In this document: positions 28,808 through 35,916 of the stretch, in pieces
How positions within the stretch are numbered: position 1 is the first letter of the stretch
Layout: each line of letters starts with the position of its first letter
Assembly: GCA_949432885.1 (NCBI GenBank)
Contig: CASQXY010000002.1
Location: forward strand, 98,252 to 162,251
DNA from: an uncultured bacterium
GTDB lineage: Bacteria > Bacillota > Clostridia > Christensenellales > CAG-917
Reading direction: 5' to 3'
Length of the DNA stretch: 64,000 nt
Program-made: the position numbers and the translations under genes
Notes under the pieces: model-generated
Databases searched by the model: none
The model's input: only the letters and a program-made list of their open reading frames with translations
Told to the model about the DNA's origin: nothing

Positions 28808-29212
28808 TCAGACAACAGGCGAAGAAGTTTGCGGAGGGTTTTGAGGTTTGCTGTATTCGGGATTTTTTGTAAGACAAACGTATACCTTGTTCCCCTCTTC
28901 GATAACATAGCTGTCGCTCGTATATTCTGTCCCGATTTTATCCGCTATATCGGCAGGGGAGATTTGGTAAAAATCTTCTTTATCGGTATAATACGCGTAT
29001 TCTGTTGAGTTGCCGTAGTCGTAACTGGAAAGGGGGTTTATGTTGCTGTTTACAGGAACTTCTGTGCAAACAAAGCGGTAACCTTCTTCTACATTATTAG
29101 TTCCGCGACTAATTCATCCAAAGAGATGTTTGATATCTTCGTTTGGAGTCAGAGTAGTGTGTTCGGCAAGGTTTGGATTTTTAGGCTTGCCGTTTTGTCC
29201 TGTACTGCGCAC
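28808..29212 (-). pseudogene. gene remnant with an in-frame TGA (unknown product)
   Basis: Minus strand: GTG at 29212, 32 codons, TGA (29116-29114), then 102 further in-frame sense codons with no start codon, ending at TGA (28810-28808). Translation: ...NNVEEGYRFVCTEVPVNSNINPLSSYDYGNSTEYAYYTDKEDFYQISPADIADKIGTEYTSDSYVIEEGNKVYVCLTKNPEYSKPQNPP.... The open frame without a start suggests a disrupted gene. Confidence 0.35.
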
Positions 29213-29241
29213 GATTTTATAATAAAAAAGCCTCGCCTATA

Positions 29242-29358
29242 ATTGCGACACAGTCCTTATCAATCTAAGATCATATTTGGAAAAGACAAGACAATAATTG
29301 CCTAATTTGATGATCTTAGAATTTTCTAAAATGCAGATTTATTCAGCTGTGTCGCAAT
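29242..29358. repeat. 117-nt imperfect inverted repeat / long hairpin upstream of the DUF2804-like gene
   Basis: ATTGCGACACAG (29242-29253) pairs with CTGTGTCGCAAT (29347-29358). CTAAGATCAT (29265-29274) pairs with ATGATCTTAG (29310-29319). The internal loops are asymmetric. Confidence 0.7.
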
Positions 29359-29479
29359 GCCGTATTGGCACAAATCTTTCGGGTTGGCAATATATTTACG
29401 CGTTTTGGGATTTACGCTCTTGTATTTGCTTATTTGATATGTTATCATTTATATATTATAAAAGCTATGGAGTATAGAT

Positions 29480-30697
29480 ATGGAGAAATACGATAGCAAT
29501 AAGCAGGCGGATATCGCCGAAAACGTACAAGAGACTCTCGAAGCGGAAGCGAACGAAATCGCCGTCAACGCGGAGAAAACGGAAGCGAAAGGCTCTGCGC
29601 CTGTCGTTTCAGCTTCCGAAAACGAAACGGCGGAAACTAAGACCGAAGCTCCGAAAGAGGAACAGCAAGAGATTGTCGAGCTGACTGATTTACTTGACGA
29701 AAACGGAAATATCGCAAAGCCCGGCTTCGCAAAAAAAATGCTGTATAATTATAATCGAGAGAATATAAAGGCGAACAAAATGCGCCTCAAAGAATGGGAT
29801 TACTATTATATCTCCAACAAGGAATACGCGATTTGTCTGACTATCAGCGATATGGGCTTCGTGGGCGCGCTGAGCATTACGGTTATGGACTTTGTGACTC
29901 CCGCGCAGTTCACAAATTCCGCAATATGCCTATTCCCTATGGGCAAGTTCAATATGCCGCGCACAAGCGAAAAGGGCGACTGCTCCTGGAAGATAGGCAA
30001 GGTCGAGATGAAGTTTGAAAACGACGGCGAAAAGCGTCATCTTACGGGCGTATATCCCAATGCGGATAAGCTCGGCACGGACGTGAAGTGGGACATCGTT
30101 ATATCCGACGTACCGGAGGAGAGCATGGTCATTGCCACGCCATTCGACAAGGACAAGCACTTCTATTTCAATCAGAAAATCAACTGTATGAAGGCGGAAG
30201 GCAGCTTTACGCTTGGCGATAAGGAATGTCCTTTCGACCCGAGCGACAGCCTCGCCACTCTCGACTGGGGCCGCGGCGTATGGACGTACGACAATACCTG
30301 GTATTGGGGCAATCTGCATACGAGATTGGAAGACGGCAGCACGTTCGGCTGGAATATAGGCTACGGCTTCGGCAATACCTCCGCCGCGAGCGAGGATATG
30401 CTGTTCTATAACGGCAAATCCCACAAAATCGGCAGGACGGAGTTTATTATCCCCGGCGATAAAGAGGGCGAGCCGCGCTATATGGAGGACTGGAAATTCG
30501 TCTCGGACGACGGCAGACTGGATTGCACATTCAAGCCGCTCATAGACCGCTACGAGCCGTTTGACCTCAAATTCATGTGCATGATTCCTCACCAAGTTTT
30601 CGGCTATATCAGCGGCAAATGCATACTTGACGACGGAAATGTTATAGAGCTGGAAAACGTGCTGGGGTTTGCGGAGAAAGTCCACAACAAGTGGTGA
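29480..30697 (+). CDS. DUF2804-like protein with acidic low-complexity N-terminal extension
   Basis: 405 aa. GGAG RBS. The body (LKEWDYYYISNKEYAICLTISDMGFVGALS...WYWGNLH...) resembles the DUF2804 family from memory. The product assignment is tentative. Confidence 0.6.
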   Translation: MEKYDSNKQADIAENVQETLEAEANEIAVNAEKTEAKGSAPVVSASENETAETKTEAPKEEQQEIVELTDLLDENGNIAKPGFAKKMLYNYNRENIKANKMRLKEWDYYYISNKEYAICLTISDMGFVGALSITVMDFVTPAQFTNSAICLFPMGKFNMPRTSEKGDCSWKIGKVEMKFENDGEKRHLTGVYPNADKLGTDVKWDIVISDVPEESMVIATPFDKDKHFYFNQKINCMKAEGSFTLGDKECPFDPSDSLATLDWGRGVWTYDNTWYWGNLHTRLEDGSTFGWNIGYGFGNTSAASEDMLFYNGKSHKIGRTEFIIPGDKEGEPRYMEDWKFVSDDGRLDCTFKPLIDRYEPFDLKFMCMIPHQVFGYISGKCILDDGNVIELENVLGFAEKVHNKW

Positions 30698-30737
30698 CAG
30701 TCTAAGTACCTGCCCGTAGGGGCGTAACGGAGGGCAT

Positions 30738-31454
30738 ATGCCGTATTCGGGTGAAGGCGTTCAGGCGCTAGTCTGCGCCTTGGACGATATGAAAAACGCA
30801 ACGGTCATTTACGCCGCCGAGAGCATAAGGCGCGTGCTCAAATGTCTGGCGTATTATGAGGAGTTCCGCTCCGCACTTTCCTATTGCAACAAGGGATTCG
30901 ACTATCGGTCGGAAAAGGACAGGGCGTGCGGTCAAATAAACGGAGATATTGTGTTTATACTGCCCAAGGCGAAGAAATCGCTCGTCGCGCTCGTCGCAAA
31001 TCTCCTTATGGAGTTTGACAGGGATTCTACATACGTCGTCACTTTTTGCGACGAGTACTTCCATGCGGAAAACAAACAGACAAGCTACGACTTTTTCTGT
31101 GCGGGCGTTATGACTCCTTTCAAGCTCGCGCTTGTGGATTTGGTGGTCAACGGCGTAGAGGAAGATCCGAAGGTGGTGGAACGCACGGTGGATTTTGCTC
31201 CGTCGGGCTTGCAGCAGCAGACGGAATATCTGATTGTGAACATATACGACGAGGTGAGTTCGCTCGCAAGCGAGCAAAGAGAGCCGCTCTCCGTTATGGT
31301 TGAGGGCTTCGCCGCCGCGCTCGACGCGCGCGATTCGCTTATGATAAGGGCAATATGGTACGGGCTCAAAGGCGCGCTGGATTCCGCCAAAATCTGCAAA
31401 AAGGAGATTGCGCAGATAGACGAGACTTTGCGGCTCTATCTTGTCAGCAAGTAA
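30738..31454 (+). CDS. hypothetical protein
   Basis: 238-aa ORF. GGAGGG lies just upstream. No motif recognised. Confidence 0.6.
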   Translation: MPYSGEGVQALVCALDDMKNATVIYAAESIRRVLKCLAYYEEFRSALSYCNKGFDYRSEKDRACGQINGDIVFILPKAKKSLVALVANLLMEFDRDSTYVVTFCDEYFHAENKQTSYDFFCAGVMTPFKLALVDLVVNGVEEDPKVVERTVDFAPSGLQQQTEYLIVNIYDEVSSLASEQREPLSVMVEGFAAALDARDSLMIRAIWYGLKGALDSAKICKKEIAQIDETLRLYLVSK

Positions 31455-31465
31455 AAACCTAAAAA

Positions 31466-31585
31466 CCGCGATATTGAGCGAATAACTTTGTCAGCGCCGC
31501 CCGCCTGTCACGTCATGTACGTCAGTACATTAGGCTTGCCAATCGGGCGGCGCTTTCGCGTTCTTCATCTCAATATCGCGGTTTT
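31466..31585. repeat. ~120-nt palindromic element R2
   Basis: CCGCGATATTGAGCGAATAACTTTGT...GTTCTTCATCTCAATATCGCGGTTTTT. Perfect 13-bp outer stem. The inner stem CAGCGCCGCCCG/CGGGCGGCGCTT differs in sequence from R1 but still pairs. The element starts 11 nt after the stop at 31454. Confidence 0.75.
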
Positions 31586-31603
31586 TATAATTGCAGTTGG
31601 ATA

Positions 31604-31910
31604 GGAAGTGAATACGACGGGTCGCAGTTCAAGGAGCTGCATAGCGCGTGCAGGGCGCGCGCCTACCTGAGTGCCGAGCTTGACGTTCCGTACAAGTGAG
31701 CGGACATTGTTGTTTAAGTCCGCGAACGAGTGATATAAACAGTGTTCTAAGCTTGTATATGCGAGCGCCGAGTGTCTCCCTCCGCGAGCGACGGAACGTT
31801 AAATAGTGTACGTTCCTAATTCGAGTGGTGGGAGAAAAGCCCGAAGGGAAAGAGGGGGTTATTTCTTTTTAGAGTACCCGACGTACACCCTTGCAGAGCA
31901 CGTCCCCCTC
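31604..31910 (-). repeat. copy C (most complete, inverted) of the structured intergenic element family
   Basis: The reverse complement aligns in blocks with 11434-11645 and 40278-40522. Examples: ACGACGGGTCGCAGTTCAAGG (31614-31634) versus rc of 40491-40511; CGAACGAGTGATA (31724-31736) versus 40390-40402; hairpin GCGGAC/GTCCGC (31700-31705/31718-31723) replaced by GGGGCA/TGCCCC in copy B. Confidence 0.65.
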
Positions 31911-31925
31911 AGCTTGATAAAGTTT

Positions 31926-32147
31926 TTATTCCAAAAACTTAGACAGGTTCAATTTCGCCTGATAAGCGTTGTACAATTTTCTAGCGGTGAAATAGAATTC
32001 CGCCGTCGTGCCTTTCGGCAGACGGCGCAGACACCAAATCAGTTTAGCTTCCCAATCGTTAAGGTGCGTTCTTACTTCTTCATACAGCTTTTCGTAATCT
32101 ATTTTCAATTCGGGAGATAACTTCCATTGTCTGTTATATTTTTCCAT
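31926..32147 (-). CDS. hypothetical small protein (73 aa)
   Basis: ORF only. AT-rich. No motif recognised. Confidence 0.4.
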   Translation of the reverse strand: MEKYNRQWKLSPELKIDYEKLYEEVRTHLNDWEAKLIWCLRRLPKGTTAEFYFTARKLYNAYQAKLNLSKFLE

Positions 32148-32301
32148 TTTTATGTCCGTTACACATATTTCATAACTTAGTATAAAATAAAAATTTGACT
32201 TTTGTTAACTTACTCCAAACCGGAGTAAAGAATTTTTCAAGCGATATTTATTGGAAAAAATAGTCTAAAAAGTCTTCTAAAAACTAGCCGATAAAATTTG
32301 T

Positions 32302-34041
32302 TTATGCTTTCTTCAACGGCAAAACTATCTCAAACTGCGTTTTGCAATTTTCTATATCCGATTTGCAAAGAGAGATTTTGCCGCCGTGGGCGTCTATGAT
32401 TTTTTTGCATACCGCAAGTCCTAGTCCCGAGCCCTGTTTGTTTCTGGATTGCTCCGCGACGACAAAGGGCGCGAATATATCCTCGCTCAAATCTTCGGAT
32501 ATGCCAATACCGTCGTCGGCAAATATGATAAGCGTCTCGTTCTCCCGCTTTGACAGCCTTACGTACAGGGTCGAGCCCTGCGGCGTGTATTTGAAAAAGT
32601 TGCCTATCAGATTTTCCCAAACGCGTATAAGCTGTTGTTTGTCCACACTGCAAACGAGTTGTTCTTCCGCTATATCCACGTCGAGATAGAAGCCCTGCAA
32701 GCCGAATTCGTCATATCTGACGGCGAGATAGGTGCGCGTCAGCTCCGCTATGTCGAGGTCTTCGAGGTTAAGTTTGAAATCCGGGTGGTCCAGCTTGCTG
32801 TATTCGTAAAATCCGTTGATGAGCATCCCCATGCTTTCGGATTTGCTGAGGATAAGATTGAGATATTTTTGCTTTTCGTCATCGCTGACGAGCCCGTCTC
32901 GCATCGCCTTGGAAAACCCTTGTATGACGGTAATAGGCGTTTTGAGGTCATGCGACAATCCCGCGAGCATACGCTGTCTGTCCTGTTCTAGAGCGGTGCG
33001 CTGTTTTTCCGACGCGTCGAGCAGAGTCACCATTTCGTTGAAGCTGTCCGCAAGCTGTTCAAACTCCTTCAAACCGTGGTAGGTCAGCTGTTTTCTGTAT
33101 CCGTTTTTTGCAAAATCCGTCATCTCCGTGCCGAGCGCTTTTAGAGGGCGCTGAACATGCTTGTTTATATACCTTATATACACGGCGAGCATCGTCACAA
33201 GCAGAGCGACTACGCCCAAGATGAAGATAATCAAAAATACGTAAGGCGTTACGCCTTCCTCGTTGTTGGTGTCGTAACAAATCGCATAAAAGCCGTCGTC
33301 GCCCTGTGCGAAATAAAATTTTTCGATAACGTATCCGTTATGTCGCGTATTGTAGGTGTAAAGGTCGAGTTCTTTTTCGGTAAACTGAGTTTTTGTCGTA
33401 ATAATAGAGTTGGAGATGATTTTCAAATCGGAATCGAGCAGTATATATTGCGTAGAGCCGCTTTTGTCGGAGGGTACGCGGGAGATAAGACGGTTGTAGT
33501 CTCCGTTCGGCATTTTGAAGCTCTGCAACGTAATGATATCCTCGTTGCCGTAATTCTGAATACAGTCTAGCTCGGAAAGCGTGTATTCTCTCGGGATGCC
33601 GTCCGAGGAATATTTAAATTCTCCGCGCTCGCTTACCACGCAGAGCCATCCGCCGTCGCCGCATATCCTGCTTACGGGAATTTCGGAAAATTTCCCGCGC
33701 GAAAGCAGGTCTTCATAGCTGGATATAACGCTTTTTCTGAACAGAAGGGTATCGCGGTTGCTCGCCCAAGTCGCTATCAAAAAAATAAGCCCCACCGAAA
33801 TAACGGTGATAAGCATAAAGGAAACGAAGGAACGTATCAGAAGCGCAAGGAAGCTGCGGTTGTCTATATGCGCAACGGCGGCGTTTTTCGTATCGCCGTG
33901 CTTGCTCTTTTTGACGGAAGCCGCTTTCGGTTGCGGATTCGGCTCCGCGTCCGCGGAAGAGGAAACTGCGGCTTCGATTTCCGAGCCGCACGGCTCGCCG
34001 TCACAGGCGATTATGCGTTGTTCTTCCCGTTTGCCTTTCAC
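32302..34041 (-). CDS. two-component sensor histidine kinase
   Basis: 579 aa. Two TM segments flank a sensor domain of about 180 aa. HAMP, H-box LSHDLKTPITVIQG, N/G boxes (WENLIGNFFKYT, DDGIGI, GSGLGLAV). Confidence 0.9.
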   Translation of the reverse strand: MKGKREEQRIIACDGEPCGSEIEAAVSSSADAEPNPQPKAASVKKSKHGDTKNAAVAHIDNRSFLALLIRSFVSFMLITVISVGLIFLIATWASNRDTLLFRKSVISSYEDLLSRGKFSEIPVSRICGDGGWLCVVSERGEFKYSSDGIPREYTLSELDCIQNYGNEDIITLQSFKMPNGDYNRLISRVPSDKSGSTQYILLDSDLKIISNSIITTKTQFTEKELDLYTYNTRHNGYVIEKFYFAQGDDGFYAICYDTNNEEGVTPYVFLIIFILGVVALLVTMLAVYIRYINKHVQRPLKALGTEMTDFAKNGYRKQLTYHGLKEFEQLADSFNEMVTLLDASEKQRTALEQDRQRMLAGLSHDLKTPITVIQGFSKAMRDGLVSDDEKQKYLNLILSKSESMGMLINGFYEYSKLDHPDFKLNLEDLDIAELTRTYLAVRYDEFGLQGFYLDVDIAEEQLVCSVDKQQLIRVWENLIGNFFKYTPQGSTLYVRLSKRENETLIIFADDGIGISEDLSEDIFAPFVVAEQSRNKQGSGLGLAVCKKIIDAHGGKISLCKSDIENCKTQFEIVLPLKKA

Positions 34042-34742
34042 TGCCTTTCTATTTTGTATCCCAGTCCTCTGACCGTCTTTATATAACGCGGATTCTTTGC
34101 GTCATCCTCGATTTTGTCGCGGAGATTGGAGATATGCACCATCATAGTGTTGTCGTCCGTCACATAATAATCGCCGTTTACTTCTTCGTAAATCTGCATT
34201 TTTGTAAAAACTCTGCCGGGGGATTTCATAAGCATAACGAGGATTTTATATTCCGTGGCGGTGAGAGATATCGGCTGTCCGCGTTTTTCCAGCGTGAGCT
34301 GATGGGTATCTAGCGTAAGGTCGCCCACGACGATTTTGCCGTCTTCGTTGCCCCCGGGAGAATTGACGTTGCCGAGGTGATAAAACCTACGCAGCTGTGC
34401 GTTTATGCGCGCAATAAGTTCGAGCGGATTGAAGGGCTTGACGAGATAGTCGTCCGCGCCCAGATTGAGCCCGAGTATTTTATCGCTGTCGAGATGCGCC
34501 GCCGACAGTATCACGATAGGAATATTGCTTTTGGCTCTGATGTTTTTTGTGAGCTCATAGCCGTTCATGCAAGGCATCATTATATCGACGAGTGCAAGGT
34601 CAATCTTTTCCTTGCCGAATATTTCCAGAGCTTCGACGCCGTTTTTTGCCCAAAAAATATTGAAACTGTCGTTTTCAAGATACAGCTTTATCAGTTTTAC
34701 GATATCCTCGTCGTCCTCGGCAAGCAAAATATTGAAGTTCAT
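34038..34742 (-). CDS. OmpR-family response regulator
   Basis: 234 aa. Receiver (ILLAEDDEDI...LALVDIMMPCMNG) plus winged helix (LTATEYKILVMLM...IKTVRGLGYKIE). ATGA overlap with the kinase gene. Confidence 0.92.
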   Translation of the reverse strand: MNFNILLAEDDEDIVKLIKLYLENDSFNIFWAKNGVEALEIFGKEKIDLALVDIMMPCMNGYELTKNIRAKSNIPIVILSAAHLDSDKILGLNLGADDYLVKPFNPLELIARINAQLRRFYHLGNVNSPGGNEDGKIVVGDLTLDTHQLTLEKRGQPISLTATEYKILVMLMKSPGRVFTKMQIYEEVNGDYYVTDDNTMMVHISNLRDKIEDDAKNPRYIKTVRGLGYKIERQ

Positions 34743-34871
34743 AAAGCACCTCGCTTCATCGTTTTGTAGATTATATCATATTTTACCGTCTTTCTCAACG
34801 CCAATTTGAAATTTTGACTCTTTGCCGCGTAACTATTGTAAACACGGTCCGCTTATGCTAATATTTGAGCT

Positions 34872-35651
34872 ATGGAAAGCGTTGTCGCCCGCGTGTATGC
34901 AAAAATCAATCTGTCCCTTGCCGTTACGGGCAAAAGGGGGAATCTGCATACCCTCGATATGATTGTCTGCCCATATCGCAAATTCTTCGACGAGGCGGAA
35001 TTTGTGCCGCGTGCGGATATGGAATATATAACGCTGCAAAACGCGGAATCTTCGTTTTACGGATTCAAACCGCATATTTTTGCGGAATTCTTCAATCCCA
35101 AGCTGAAAATTATATCCGAAAAATTCGGAATAGGCGGCGTCGTAAACGTCAAAAAGGGCGTGCCGCTCGGCGCGGGACTCGGAGGCTCCTCGGCAAGCGT
35201 AGCCGCGGCGTTGAAGGCGGTTGCCGATTGCGTTGAGCTTATGGGCGGAAGCGCCGAAACCTCCGACGAATTCTTACTTTCTCTCGGGAGCGACGTGCCG
35301 TGCATGTACCGAGGCGGCGTGTGCAGGGTGCGCGGAGTGGGCGAAATCCTCACTCCTCTCGATGAGGTTATAACCGAAGATTTTTGCGTGAAAATTGCCG
35401 ACGGCGGCTCGGATACTATAAAATGCTACGCGCTTTTCGACGAATACGGCGGAGAGCGGTATGCAAACCTGCCTATTGCCGACAGCGTCGAGGCGGCGCT
35501 CCGATTCCCGAGAAACGACTTGACGGAAGCCGCAATCGCACTGAATCCGAAAATCGGCGAGCTATTGAAGTCTATGAAAGAGGAGTTTGAAATTGCCGTT
35601 ATGAGCGGAAGCGGAAGCGCGGTCGTCGGTTTTAATAAAAGAAAAAACTAA
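34872..35651 (+). CDS. ispE: 4-diphosphocytidyl-2-C-methyl-D-erythritol kinase
   Basis: 259 aa. AKINLSLAVTGKR, GHMP kinase loop KGVPLGAGLGGSSASVAAALKA, C-terminal MSGSGSA. The RBS is weak. Confidence 0.85.
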   Translation: MESVVARVYAKINLSLAVTGKRGNLHTLDMIVCPYRKFFDEAEFVPRADMEYITLQNAESSFYGFKPHIFAEFFNPKLKIISEKFGIGGVVNVKKGVPLGAGLGGSSASVAAALKAVADCVELMGGSAETSDEFLLSLGSDVPCMYRGGVCRVRGVGEILTPLDEVITEDFCVKIADGGSDTIKCYALFDEYGGERYANLPIADSVEAALRFPRNDLTEAAIALNPKIGELLKSMKEEFEIAVMSGSGSAVVGFNKRKN

Positions 35652-35684
35652 ACGCAGTCATCGCAGCAATTCGTTTATAACTTA

Positions 35685-35800
35685 CATAAATTGCAAAAAC
35701 CCACAAATTTGCAATTTATTTTTTATTATTTTTGCAATTTTTGACAAATTTATCAAATTTGCAGTTGCAAATTTCGTATTTTTGCAAAAATTGCCTTTAT
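35685..35800. promoter_or_regulatory. array of palindromic TTGCAA hexamers in an AT-rich tract upstream of the glg operon promoter
   Basis: Perfect TTGCAA at 35691, 35709, 35732, 35765 and 35782, plus TTGCAG at 35759. Most sit in the context (A/T)3-5 TTGCAA (A/T)3-5. 35756-35773 is an 18-nt stretch AATTTGCAGTTGCAAATT with perfect 8-bp palindromic arms. Confidence 0.6.
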
Positions 35801-35803
35801 CTA

Positions 35804-35832
35804 TTGTGTGCCTCGGATTATTTTGGTATAAT
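35804..35832 (+). promoter_or_regulatory. sigma-A-type extended -10 promoter of glgB
   Basis: TTGTGT (35804-35809), 17-nt spacer, TGgTATAAT (-10 hexamer at 35827-35832). Confidence 0.6.
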
Positions 35833-35916
35833 TGCTTCAAAGTATATTTAACTACATAACTGCAATACGATAATTATAAGAACTTAAATTTTCATGTTGC
35901 ATATATACGGAGGTTT

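Noticed and set aside
28775-29008. 77-aa plus-strand ORF.
   Set aside because: It has no RBS or motifs. The opposite strand carries a longer, more protein-like open frame, reported as a gene remnant.
29114-29116. In-frame TGA as evidence of an alternative genetic code (TGA = Trp/Gly).
   Set aside because: TGA clearly functions as a stop elsewhere in the window, for example in the transketolase N-subunit (10431-10433), birA (28019-28021) and the C_GCAxxG gene (22164-22166).
35685-35800. Repetitive TTGCAA tract considered as a CRISPR-like or tandem-repeat array.
   Set aside because: The repeats are only 6-10 nt with irregular spacing of 17-33 nt, and there are no spacer-like unique segments. 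It is better explained as a regulatory site array.
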